This document shows, in pieces, positions 37,850-50,319 of a stretch of DNA of 64,000 nt (positions are counted from its first letter, which is position 1; every line of letters starts with the position of its first letter). The DNA is from Mobula birostris (lineage: Eukaryota): NCBI RefSeq assembly GCF_030028105.1, contig NC_092378.1:19958715-20022714 (forward strand), written 5' to 3'. Under the pieces are notes generated by a model, which worked only from the letters and a program-made list of their open reading frames with translations, ran no database searches and was not told the DNA's origin. Position numbers and translations under genes: made by a program.

Positions 37850-38241
37850 GTGGCAGGTTGGGGATACGTCTCTACTAAAGGAGGTGTAAGGCACTCCTTC
37901 CCTCCACTAGCCTGCAGGTCACCCTTGGACAAGGTGTAGCACCTGCTTCGTTCTCTGATCAGAGTCAAGCCAATCCATGGGAGGAGCTGGTGGATGGTCA
38001 GCTGGTGCACATCACAAGTCCTGGTTGTGCGACCACTGAGGGCAGACAATCTCTGAAGAATATTGATAAAGGCTGTGGTCACCTGTCTTCTAAAGACACT
38101 GCCTAGAGGAAGGCAATGGCAGACTACTTCTGTGGAACAATTTGCCAAGAGCAATCACAGTCATGGAAAGACCATGATCGTCATAAGACACGGCACATAA
38201 TGATGATGTCATATGGCACGGCACATAATGATGACGATGAA
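37850..38241 (+). mobile_element. SINE-like repeat with an RTE/Bov-A-like segment (gaaggcaatggcagactacttc) and (tga)n tail; second copy at ~48895-49260
   Basis: The two copies are collinear over ~350 nt. Confidence 0.65.
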
Positions 38242-40134
38242 TATGGGAAGTAGTGAGAAAAGTTAAAATTCATTAAGTAGAGTCACTAAGAAACTGATCT
38301 CCACTGTGATGACTCATTTCTAATCATCTGTACATTCTCTCTTTGTACTAACTGTAAATCAATATCAAACTGCTTGCACTGAATAGTGCCTTTAGTACAA
38401 TAACACATCCCAGCCCTTTTATAACTGCGCTTCAAATAAAGCATAACAACCACACAGCCCATTACTGTTTGCTTCCTGAACTTGGCATCTTGCTGCAACT
38501 AACTTACATCTCTCATCTGCAGAGTTAAAAGCCATGCTAAAGTCTTCACACTCAAAACACTGGACAACACTGTGCCTATGAGAGAGTGTGTCAGAAATTA
38601 CAATATCTACCCCACGATTTTAGAGACAGATGGACACTTGGCACGCAGTCTGTTTATTCTAATCATTGAGATTCTAAGCAATATTCTGCTCAAGATTCAC
38701 AGCTCACGCAATGAACTAAGTACAGCCAAGTCATAAAGGTGAAAACCTTTGATCTGACTTCCCTTGATCTCTCAAAATGCCCATTATATCTGTGTGCAAT
38801 TTTTATAAGAATGCCCTCATGTGAAAAGAAATAAAAACAAAAACGAGAAGCTGGTAATTATGTAGTCCTGGGCTGGTAAAAACCTCAAGGTTTTGTGGCA
38901 TTTATGCAAATCACCTCTGCACATAAGGGTGGCTACACAAAAGGTGTCCAGTTTAGCAAGGGTGGTCAGAAACATAAGGGTAACATCAAAAAGGACTTTA
39001 ATGACATAAGGTAATTCTGAATTGTTTGCTGATTCTATTTCCTAATGCCACTGAACTACAAAGGCCCTGCACTAACATCTGCATCCCATCAAGACAACTT
39101 GCAAACAGTTCATTCAAAATCAATTTTAATTAAACCTGAAGAAAAAGGTTAATGATTCCTATTAATTTATGCCATAGCTATTCCAGTTTTTAAGCAGATG
39201 ATCGATCACTTTCTTGCTTGAAATAACGCACAAATGCACAACACCTTCTTAATAGCAGTGACAGAGATTCAGCTATCTTTCAATACGTCATTGTAAACAG
39301 CTACTTCAGTCACATTGCTGCCAAATCAATTCTTAAGTATCTACTTCAGAAGAGGCATTTGTGTTTGACCCAGTTTAGCCTTATTGGAGTTTGTGCTATC
39401 AGCTGAGGTAAAGGTTAGTGAAAGATCAAAGAATTGTGATTTTGATATGTCTACAGTATTCACAAGGGTTCTTTAGGCACCCACGCACAGACATCATCAC
39501 TTTGCAGTCAAGAGAACTTCTATCAGTAGACTTATTGAGTAACACAATGGACACACACTACTCCGGACACAAAAGTCAAAAACTATACACCCAGGGCTCA
39601 GGTGGTTTAATAAGTTAAGGTCAAAGACTTTCATGTGGTGACCTGGGTTCAAATTCTGTCAAAACTTTGACATCAGAGCACAGCTGCTACCTGAGATTGA
39701 AGACTATGTGGATTAAATTTGTCAGCTCAAGGTTCTTTGGTTCGTATGATAGGTAGTTTTTGTTAAAAAGAAATTGCCTATCGCAAGAAACTCCAGAAGC
39801 TCTTTACAATGCCTCAACTGCAACAGTTTTGACCTATTTAAACTTCTTTTAATGGGCATCCAACCTCTGACGCACACCTCCATTACATAACGTAAGGAAA
39901 CAACATCATTCTGATGCTGTGACCAACCAGCTTCTTTGTTAACTAAATCTCTGACCATGATCCACAAAGAAAATTTCTCAAGATCTCGGAATACAATCAA
40001 TATCACAGAACATAAAATGGTTATACTTGTACTGCAGACCACGTTTGTGAAAAGCATACTTTAGCGTGGTAGAACTGGTAAGTACAAAACAAAAACTAGT
40101 TTACAGTGTTAAAAGGATCTAGACGGGTACTTAC

Positions 40135-40274
40135 AGCTTTTGCAAAGACTCCCATGAGCTCTGGAAACTGATGTGTGAGGAGAGCCAGCATAGCAGTGAA
40201 AGAGCACAGGCCTGCTGTGAACAGGATGAAGAACGGCAGCTCCTTCTTGGGGTACACTGAAACTTCATGAAACG
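40135..40274 (-). CDS. ST7: ST7 coding exon (140 nt): [47 protein letters not shown] (hydrophobic, TM-like segment)
   Basis: Manual translation. Acceptor catatccag, donor gtaagt. Confidence 0.96.
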
Positions 40275-41883
40275 CTGGATATGAACAGACAGCATCAGAT
40301 AGGTATAGAGAGAGAAATAGATGGAAAGAAATAAAGACCAGAGATGCACAAAAAAAAACAAATAAAAATAGAATCAGGTACTCAGAAGCAGTGAATCAAC
40401 ACAGGAAGAAATAGAAACCAAGAATACAATGTGACATTTTACAGAAGTGTGACAGGAATGAATGCAGATATATAAACATACAACTCAAATATGTGTTGTA
40501 AGTAATATGAGAAATTCATCCTGATTTAATTTAAATATTTTACATTCAAAGACAGATTGATGGGCTGAATGGCCTAATTCTGCTCTGTGTCTTTTGGTCT
40601 TATGAAATCACAGATACAGCTCGACTCAACACAATTTAAAAAGGATAGAAAAGTGGAATAATTACTAAGGTATGATAAAGGGGCAAAGCAGCAGCAACAC
40701 AATAAGGTGCTATTTTGTTAAATGTAAGAGTATTCTTAATTCTTTATGTTCCATCTGTTTAATAAAGCAACCATCTAAAGTATACTTCAAAGTTGGTTTA
40801 TGATCTGTTAATACAGGGAACAATGTCACAAAGATGTGAACGTCCTTTATGGAAAGTTTAGGGATAAGAACAATGAGGGTGGTGGTGGTGATGGGAACAG
40901 GTTGTATCTTGTGGCACCTTTAACTTGAGGTGCTTCCAGAGGAACTTCAGTTGTATTTATGAAAAAGAGAATGGAACTCTGAGATGAAAGAGATCAAGGG
41001 GGCGATGTAAACTTGGTCTGGGTGATGGCTTTGACATTGTTCTAAAGGAAAGGCGGCAGAGCAGATTAAGGAACAAATTCCAACAAAATGCAGATTGCTG
41101 AATTGAGTCATCAATAATTAAATGAAAGCTGTTTCAACACATAGTCACAATTTATTGATCCCGGGGGAAATTGGTTAAATTGGTTACAATTTTACAACAC
41201 CTTACAAGATAAGAGTGCTGGAATATTCAGCAGTGGGCTAATGGGAGGAGCACAGAGCTGAAGAAGATCACATGGCAGCTTAGAGTAAGAACGTAATGAA
41301 TTTAAAGATGAGGTTTCGAACTTCAGTTCAATGCTTTGAGCAATTACAAAGCAGAAGAAAGATTAATTTAAGCTTTCAAAACTGTGCGTCTTAAGAAACA
41401 TTCAACCTGTCCAACCTTGCTACTTTATCCCCATTTCAATTGACTAACTACTGGATGGGGAGTCCATGTAATTTGGTGGAAACGAGACTGATGGATCATT
41501 GGCACAGAATATGTAGTTATTAATGTCTGGATACAGAATACTTGGACACAGGTTGTGAAGGACTCATAGATTGTATTTTGTGTGAACAAAGCAATAAATG
41601 TGAAGTAATACATTTCAGTAATAAAACAAGGAAACTAAAAAAAGGTAAAACATTTATAAGTTGAAGAGGGAAGAGATACTAATGGAAGTATATTAGTATT
41701 AATGTTAGGGAATGGGGACAACCCGAACAACGAAGTTTATTGGAATATCAGGGCTATTTTGTATGGCGTTTGAAAGTGACTTATTTACGTAAAATCAATA
41801 AATCAAAATGTGGAACGAACAACCAACACTATTTTAACAAAATTTTGAGGTAAGCAGAAATGTAGATTACTCTATGAACTTAC

Positions 41884-41976
41884 ATGGTAGCAGTTCTCTG
41901 TCAGCAGTTTCTGTGCAGATTGGATATGGATAAAAAAGGTGACCTTTTTCCAAGGGATAGGGGATCATTCGGAATG
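41884..41976 (-). CDS. ST7: ST7 coding exon (93 nt): [31 protein letters not shown]
   Basis: Manual translation. Acceptor ctctcctcag, donor gtaagt. Confidence 0.96.
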
Positions 41977-42346
41977 CTGAGGAGAGATTATTACTGTATA
42001 AATAAACTAAATTACTTGCATTTTAAAACATTTTACTATTTTTACACTTATTCCCCTTCCAGTGAAAGCATTTTATCTATTCACTTATTTATGAAGCTCA
42101 CAAAAAGTGAAGTATAAAGGGTGTTTAATAGAGAACTCTAGTTCTTTAGTATTTTAACTTGCTCTGTAAACATGGTCTTAATCTTTTGAGAAATTCAAAC
42201 ATGCATTTACTTTTAAATTCTGGGGACAATTGCTTCATATGGCTTTGAACATACAGGTTTGACATCTTTGAGGATTTCATAACATCTTGGGACTTCATTC
42301 ACTGGAGTGTAAGAGAATGAGGAAGTGATACCACAGAGGTGAATCA

Positions 42347-42580
42347 GGCAGCACGGCAGTGTAGTGGTTAGCACAACGCTTTACAGTACAGGTGATTCCC
42401 GCTGCTGTCTGTACGGAGTTTGTACGTTCTCCCCGTGACTGCGTGGGTTTCCTCCTGGTGCTCCAGTTTCATCCCACAGTCCAAAGGTGTACTGGTTGAT
42501 AGGTTAATTGGTCATTGTAAATTGTCTAGGGTTAACCGCTTGAAGGGCCCGTTCCAGGCTGCATCTCAATAAAAATAAAA
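42347..42580 (+). mobile_element. V-SINE (HE1-like)
   Basis: Same head, V-domain and tail as 33380-33668. Confidence 0.8.
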
Positions 42581-43349
42581 GTAAAATCATGAGGGATGTG
42601 CCCAAGGCCAGGAGATCAGGAACTAGAAGTCAAATGTTTAGGGAGAGATTTCATAAGAACCAGAGGGGCAGCCTATTGACACAGTAGGTGGGCCTTAGGC
42701 TGCCAGATGAAGTGGTTGAGGAATTTAACAACATTTAAAAGGCACTTGAACAGGTACATGGATAGGAAAAGTTTAAATTGGACAAATGGTAGGATAGCTT
42801 AGACAGGAACTTTAGTCAGCATTGATCAGTTGGGCCAGACGATCTGTATCTATGCTGTACAATTCTACAGGCTCATGGCTGATCTCTTACCTGTCCCCAC
42901 GTCACCCTTTGACTCACATTCCCCAACATGACTGTTTTTTTTAAATTCTATCAAATTCAAACTTGAAATTAACAACAATTTAGTATCACTTGCCATTTGC
43001 CAGGCTAAAACAAAAACAAATTTCTTTCAGCCTATGTTTCCAAATATGACTGCTGGGAGATCCAGGTCTAACCCTTATTTTCTGTTAAGCTTCTCAACAG
43101 TTTCCCTATTTCTGCCCTATTGGTTCCCCTAAGTGTCTAAAAATTTCAGTCAAATCTCCTCTGAATTCAGGAAACAACAGTCCTTGTATCTGATGTTTGT
43201 CTGCTGGGGGGAGGGGGTTGATGTTTTATTTTCTTTGAATGGGTTTTATGGTTCAATGTTTCGTGGCTGTCTGTGGTGAAGATGAATCTCACGGTTGTAT
43301 ACTGCATACATACCTTGATAATAAATGTACTTTGAATCCTTGAATCCTC

Positions 43350-44830
43350 AGAAAATTTCACTTGCAATTTAACATTTGGAGTCCAGATTTTTTTTTCTGG
43401 AAATCAACACAGTGCTGCCTTTGAGGCAACATATCTTTCCAAAGGAGTAGGCCAGAATTGCTCACAGTGCTGCAGCTCCGGTCCAACCAACACATTGCAC
43501 TGTTGTACCATAACTTCTTCCTGTTGAATTTCAATTCTCTTATCAAAGCCAGCATTCCATTAGTTTTCCTTAACAACTGACTCCAACATCTTCCCAACCA
43601 CTGAGGTCAGGCTAACCGGTCTAATTTCCTTTCTGTTGCCTTCCTCCTTTGCAATTTTCCAATCCTCCAACACCATGCCAGAGTCCAATGATTTTTGAAA
43701 GATCATTGCTAATGCCTCCACAATCTCTAAAGCTACCTGTCTCAGAACCCTAGGGTGCAGATCATCTGGTCCGGGTGACCTATGCACCTTTAGGTCTTTC
43801 AGCTTTTGAGCACCTTCTCCCTTGTAAAAGTAACTGCACTCATTTCTCTTCCTTCACACATTACAACACCTAGCATATTCCTAGTGTCTTCCACAGTAAA
43901 GACTGATGCAAAATACTCATTTAGTTCATCTGCCATCTCCTTATCCCTCATTATTATTTCTTCAGCCTCATCTTCCAGCAGCCCTCTATCCACTCTCATC
44001 CCTCTTTTATTTTTTACATACTTGAAAAAGCTTTTACTATCCACTTTGATATTGTTGCTAGCTTGCTTTCATATTTCATCTTCTCCCTTCTAATGATTCT
44101 TTTCATTGCTCTGTAGATTTTTAAAAGCTTCACAACCCACTAATTTTTGCTTTTTGTATGCCCTTTCCTTTGTTTTTACATTAGCTTTGACTTCCCTTGT
44201 CAGCCACAACTGTACTATTTTGCCATTTGAGTATTTCTTCGTTTTTGGAATAGACCTGTCCTGCACCTTTCTTATTTTTCCCAGAAAATCACACCATTGC
44301 TGCTCTGCTGTCATCCTTGCCAGCAGCTCCTTCTAATTTACATTGGCCAACTAGTACCACTGTAATTTTTTTTACTCCACTAAAATACTGCTGTCAGACT
44401 TTACTTTCTACCTATCAAATTTCAAGTGGAACTCAATCATATTGTGATCCTTCTCCTCCTAAAGGTTCCTTTACCTTAAGCTCCCTAATCACCTCCGGTT
44501 CATTACATAACATCCAATCCAGTATAGCTGACCCCCTAGTAGGCTCAATGGTAAACTGCTCCAAAAAGCCATCTCCTAGGCATTCAACAAACTCGCTTGC
44601 TTGAGATCCAGTACCAACCTGATTTTCCCAATCGACCTACATGTTAAAATCTCCCATGATTATCATAACATTACTCTTTTGACAAGCCTTTTCTATTTCC
44701 TGTTGTAATCTGTGATCCACATCCTAGCTACTGTTGGGAGGCTTGTATATAACTGCCAATAGGGTCCTTTTACCCTTGCAGTTTCTTAACTCAACCCACA
44801 AAGATCCAACATCTTCTGATCCTATGTCAC
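43350..44830 (-). mobile_element. Degraded CR1 ORF2 fragment in an ST7 intron
   Basis: ORFs 43560..43787, 43799..44044 and 44090..44314 are homologous to the ORF2 at 21144-22889. Confidence 0.88.
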
Positions 44831-46479
44831 AGTTCCATGAGTGTCAACTTTAGTTCCATGACTTTCAAAAGTGCCAGTTGGAAATTTGTGTGAATAATAT
44901 TCACTGACACTTGACTAGTGCTTTGGTTGTCTATTTATATAAGAACAATCAAGTGAAGTTTATGAGTCACTGCTGACAAATTCAGTTCGATAGCTCAGTG
45001 CTTTTGTGTATTCAATTTGTCATTCTTTAGCAGCAAATAATTCCTCATTTGCCACTTTAATAATTGAACACTTGAAGAAATTAGTATTAGGAACACTAAA
45101 GTTAACTGTAGAACTGAAAGGTGTTGTATTAAGCCAAGGACTCCTCTGCATCTTTACTGTGAGCTCACTAACAAAATCTAATGAATGTGTGAACTCCTAC
45201 ACTTGCACAGTAGATACAAGCTAATGGCATAGAAAGTTAGAGCAGGACTGATGTGATATCAAGAGCTGGCTTTGGTCTGTTCATGCTTAATTACCACCTA
45301 AGAACTGCAGCTGCTGGAAACCCGAAATAAAAACAGACAATGCTAGGTACACTCAGCAGGACAGGCAGCATCTTAGGACAGAGAGACAGGTCAACATCCA
45401 AGCCTAAGAACCTGCGTCTGATGAAGGCTAAAGATTAGGGTTAGATCTTTAGAGCCTTAGGGTGTGAGTAAAAACCCTCATTATACAGAGAATGATTCTG
45501 ATCTAAGCACTTTAAAGTGTTTGGAGGAAAACATGGGAGAGATGTCAGAGGTACGTCCTTTAGACAGAGAATGGTGAATGTGTTGCCAGGTTGAGGTCTA
45601 TGAATGAGGGAAGAGTTAGATTCATCTTAAGAGTAGGGTAAAGGGTCAGCACAACATTGTGGGCTGAAGAACCTGCACTATCATGCTCTGCCACAATGAT
45701 CAGTGGAAGCAGAGTTAATCAGGCACTCTAGTGGGAACTGGATTTGGAGAATAATCTTCAGAGCTACAGGGAATGTGCAGGAAAGCTGTTGTTCTCTTAA
45801 GAGATTTCACGGACGTGATGGGCTAAGTTTCCTCTATCAGTGTCAAAACGTTTCTGTTCCATGATTCTAAGCCAGAGAATGTTTCTAATAAAGTGCAAGC
45901 ATAAATTGCTCTTCCAATTAATTTGACAGGAAATTAGACAGAAGCATTTTCAATTTAAGCAAGAAACACTCTAGGGCCCACACAAACAACCGAACAACTC
46001 ATATCATCAGCTCAGACCCGAGTTGGGTTCTGGACCGAAATCAAAAAAGAAATAATAATCGCTTACTCAAAACCAGTGAAATAATTTTGATTTAAAGAAA
46101 TAAAAAGTTTGTGGAAAGGAGAATGACCTCTCTTAACATCTGCAGACTAAACAATTCCCTTTGCACTCCAGGGATTGTCCACTGGGTCAGGTTGCCATTG
46201 AAGTTTGTGGTAACTAATCAATGTCCGCCTGAAGAAAGAAGACACAATCTATATCGCCACCAAGTGGCTAACACTGGAAGAGCCACTGTTGCAATAACTT
46301 TCATCTCAAGCAGTTGTTGAAGCAAAAGTATATCCCGTAGAGAGTCATATGCAACTTCGGCAATTGAAAGTATTTTTTGAATTGTAGCACCGGTCTATTT
46401 AGATTGAGCTGAATGGCCTAATTCTGCTTTTAAGTCTTTTGAACTTTTGGTCTTAATGAACAGAAGATCCATTCTAGTT

Positions 46480-46675
46480 TTGTTGACAGGATAACTGGTC
46501 TATGAATATTGCTCTTCGAAACAGTCCCACCGAATCCTTTATAACCACCTGATAGGGCAGAACAGGCATGAGTCTTAATTTCTCAACCAATCTATGGCAT
46601 CCCAACAGTACAGGGGCCCCTCGGTCTACACAGTGGGATGGAACTTGAACCTACATTCTTCCAGTACAGAGATGG
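46480..46675 (-). mobile_element. Ancient DeuSINE-like (SacSINE1/AmnSINE1 superfamily) fragment
   Basis: ccacctgatagggcaga..ttaatttctca..ggcatcccaacagtaca resembles the Deu central domain as recalled; B-box-like ggttcaagttcc on the minus strand. Confidence 0.5.
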
Positions 46676-46689
46676 AGTTCTTCTTTTGC

Positions 46690-47080
46690 TGATTTCGCTA
46701 CTAGCATTTAGGGCAGCAATGACGGTCCTCCATCTTTGGCAACATTCACGGCTTCCTTCATTGTGTCAGTAGCTTCCTCTCAGCTTACTGTCAGTCAGGC
46801 AAGGAATACCATCGCACTCAGATGTAGAAGGACTCTCACTGCTGTTTCTGTAACAATTCTGTTTTATAGTCAGGGTTTTTCGGCCCTGATCCGAGCCTGC
46901 GAACCTGGAGGACCAGTGGACCGCTCTTAGCCTGGCCTCTGGCTTTTAACCTGTTTGGCATGGGTGACCCCCCCCCAAGAGCCAAAGCACGGGGCCCTGA
47001 CTCCAGCCAGCATAGCTCTCCGGGTCATTGAGGCACGCAACCCACCAAACCTCAAAAAGGTTGTGGTCCTCTCGGAGGAC
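46690..47080 (-). mobile_element. Internally deleted RTE derivative
   Basis: Same 5' module, plus 3' end ..tcattgctgccctaaatgc.. Confidence 0.65.
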
Positions 47081-47959
47081 AGAGATGAAGTGTTACTATA
47101 TGATTTTGTATGATGAGCAAAACTCAGAGTGGGGCACTTCCGTAACAATTGCTGGAGAAGGACCTGCTCTTCTTCTGAGCAAATTACCTGTGTGTCGATG
47201 CCCCAAGCTTGAAGGATTCTAGGATGGAGAACGATGCAGAAGTTTAAACAAAGGGGAAAAGTTTCAACAATGGACCTGGATGCTCTGGAGAGTGCTGGCA
47301 AACGATGAATGCATATTGCTTGCTACACCACACAGCTATTGTGTAAGGACAGTCACAGGCCATGGATGTTTTTGTAGGACCTCACCCTGCACAGTCACTG
47401 TTGAGTTTCATGCATTACTACGGTGACCACACTTCTAAACCACTGCATTGGTCAAAAGCATTCTGTCATATCCTAAAGGACATAAAAGAAGTGTGCCAAT
47501 TCAAATATTTATTTTCTTTCTTACAAATGGAAAAAATGAACGATTTCAAAAGGAGACAACAGAAGACCTTTTACTTAACAGGTAATAATTAGATTAATCA
47601 TCAGTCGATGCACTCTTAACTAGATCAGTGGGAGAAATATGTTATTTATTTAGGGAAAGAAAGTATCACTGAACTAATAAAGTACACTCTCTATGCTGGT
47701 GGTGTAGTGGTATCCGCACACAGACTTCGGAACAGGAGGTCCTGAGTTTGAATTCTGCCAGCTCTTTGCATGCTTTGCATTCATGCCGGGTTGAACGTCA
47801 AGCTAGCAAATCGCCCTCATAAGGAACAGAAAACCGCTAAAGAAACAGCAAGGTTGTCACCTGATGTGCTAAACAAGGCGCGCAGGGAGGATCTTTTTAC
47901 TAATAAAATACACTGGATTGGGACTAAGTAGCTCAGATGAACAACTAAAAGATACTTAC

Positions 47960-48110
47960 TTCCCTCCCAAGTACAATGTAATAAGTTGAGGGCTCCTTCT
48001 ACCCGCTTCCAATGTTGAAGATGGAAGAATGCATATGCTATTGCTTCACTGTCCCCTCTCTTCAGAATGTGTTCTGGTGGCAGTATTAAACTTTTCATTT
48101 CTAATAAATA
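47960..48110 (-). CDS. ST7: ST7 coding exon (151 nt): [50 protein letters not shown]
   Basis: Overlaps ORF-track 47817..48098. Acceptor ttttctttag, donor gtaagt. Confidence 0.97.
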
Positions 48111-48480
48111 CTAAAGAAAAAGTATTTTTTTAATATAATTATACGGGAAAACCACACAATGTGAAAAAGTTATTCATTTAATCATATGCCTTTCAGAGTG
48201 AACTAAAATGCCCAATCAGTTATTCCATTTTCAGACATCATTCTTTACACACAAACTGAGAGTTAATTTAACTGCGGGTTTTAAGCTGACTTGACACTCA
48301 CAGCAACTTTCCTCACTGCCTTCCAACCCCACAGTTAGTAATGATTCGTTTATAATGAATTCTCTGATGGCTCACTCTTAAGAGACTGCAGGTCAATGCT
48401 ACTCACAGAAGCATTACTAAAAGCATTCCCAAACAAAGCTATTGGAACGAGAGCTAATGGAGAAAATAGCAGCGACTCAC

Positions 48481-48583
48481 TTTGGGAACGTGTGGGTTAA
48501 ACTCTACTGCTCTGTGTATTGCTTCTACTGCATTCATCTCTGCAGTGCTGAGCCCTCGCCTGGAGGCAGCCTCTGGTGAGAAT
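48481..48583 (-). CDS. ST7: ST7 coding exon (103 nt): [34 protein letters not shown]
   Basis: Lies within ORF-track 48454..48651. Acceptor ctgttctag, donor gtgagt. Confidence 0.97.
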
Positions 48584-49374
48584 CTAGAACAGCAGCAAAA
48601 CGGTTCGTCACAATTTATATAAAGCCCCGTGAAACACTGACAAAAACACAATATGACACAGAGCTCCCAGAAATCTCATAACATGGGAGAGGGACTCAAA
48701 TGTTCAAATGCAGAAAATGGCTATGCTCAGACTCCACAGAGATCTAATGTATGTCAAAGACTTGTCCTGAAATATTAGGAGTCATATTAGGAGCTGAAGA
48801 TTCATAACCGCTGCCACAACAATCAAACATCCTGCATTTATTTAGAAAGAGACTTCCAACTTTTATTTTAATGTACACATAACCTAATCGGGTGGTGGGG
48901 TGGCAATACTGTATGTCTCTACAGTAAGGCGCTCCTTTCCTCTGCTAGCCTGCAGGTCACTTCTGGGCAAGGAGTAGCACCTGCTTAGTCCCCTATCAGG
49001 GTCCAGAGAAGCCATGGGAGCAGGTGGTGGATGGTCGTACGAGCAGCTGGTGCATATCACAAGTCCTGGTTATGTAACCACTGACGCCAGGCAGGCAATC
49101 TCAGAACAGTATTGATCATTGGTCACGGCTGAGGTCACCTGTCTTGTAAAGACACTGCCCAGAAGGCAGCAATGGCGAACCACTTCTGTAGAACAATCAT
49201 GGTCATGGAAAGACCCTGACTGCCTACATCACACAACATGGCACATAATGAACAAACGAACATATTTTGGCATTCTTGGCAAAGAAATATATCATATCTG
49301 CTCCCCTCTATTTTTTTTATTAGAAATTTAATTCTCCACTTTTTACTAATGTTAACATTTTCAAGGATACTTAC

Positions 49375-49447
49375 TTGTCAGAGACTGCTCTTGCTTTAAG
49401 TAGTGCAGCTGTATAACATATTGTTGCTGACTTTGGAAGGCTAATAT
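49375..49447 (-). CDS. ST7: ST7 coding exon (73 nt): [25 protein letters not shown]
   Basis: Manual translation. Acceptor ttttgtaatag, donor gtaagt. Confidence 0.96.
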
Positions 49448-50319
49448 CTATTACAAAAGGGAAATAAAAGCAAAGATATTTGATAGTGGTACACACAACA
49501 ATCTTCCACTTAACAATACAATGAATGTTTCCACAAATATTTGATCTTCATTGGGTTGATTTGCTTATATATTAATTCTCTCAACTGATCCAAAACACAA
49601 AACATTATGCAGAAAAATTCCAATAAATAATGTATCGTCTTGGCCACATTGTGCTGCTTATTTGTGATGCCTTTATTAACTCATGGGTTCAAATGTGTTG
49701 ACTATTTCCATAAAAGTTTGGAAATTTTGTAATGCTAAATTGCTGCAGATTAAAACAAAACTGCAATCTGTCACTCCGTACTTATCAGGCAGCACACATT
49801 TGATATTTTGCCACTTTTCAAATATTAGCCATGCACGTCCAGTTTAGAAGTGTATTTGGGAGCTTGGCAGTGCATGCAGCTCTGGGTGGCAAGTTTCGTA
49901 GCATTCATACGCTTTATCATAGTACGACTCATTAAGCACTGGAAAATGAGGAATATATGTACTAAAATCACTATTATGGAATTCCTGATTAATATCCCAA
50001 AATCAGTTCAGATTGGGGTCATGAGACAAAGGCTGGAATCCAAATACTGCTGATCTTCTGCACACAAATTGGAATTACTCTGTAAACGTGAACATTTTTT
50101 CTTAATGGCCAGATATGTCAAGTGCTTTCCTGGCAGAATGTGCATGCTTTTGCAATGATTTCTTTTACTATACTCTGGTGTCACAGTTTGCAAACTGCCT
50201 GCTTGGCATTCTGCATAGAGGGTCTGAAATTCACGTCTTTTCATTCTTTTTCATCATTCAGTTCTTTTAAAATCGATTTTCTTAGAATTCTTCACCTGGT
50301 AATAAACACAATGTGTGGA

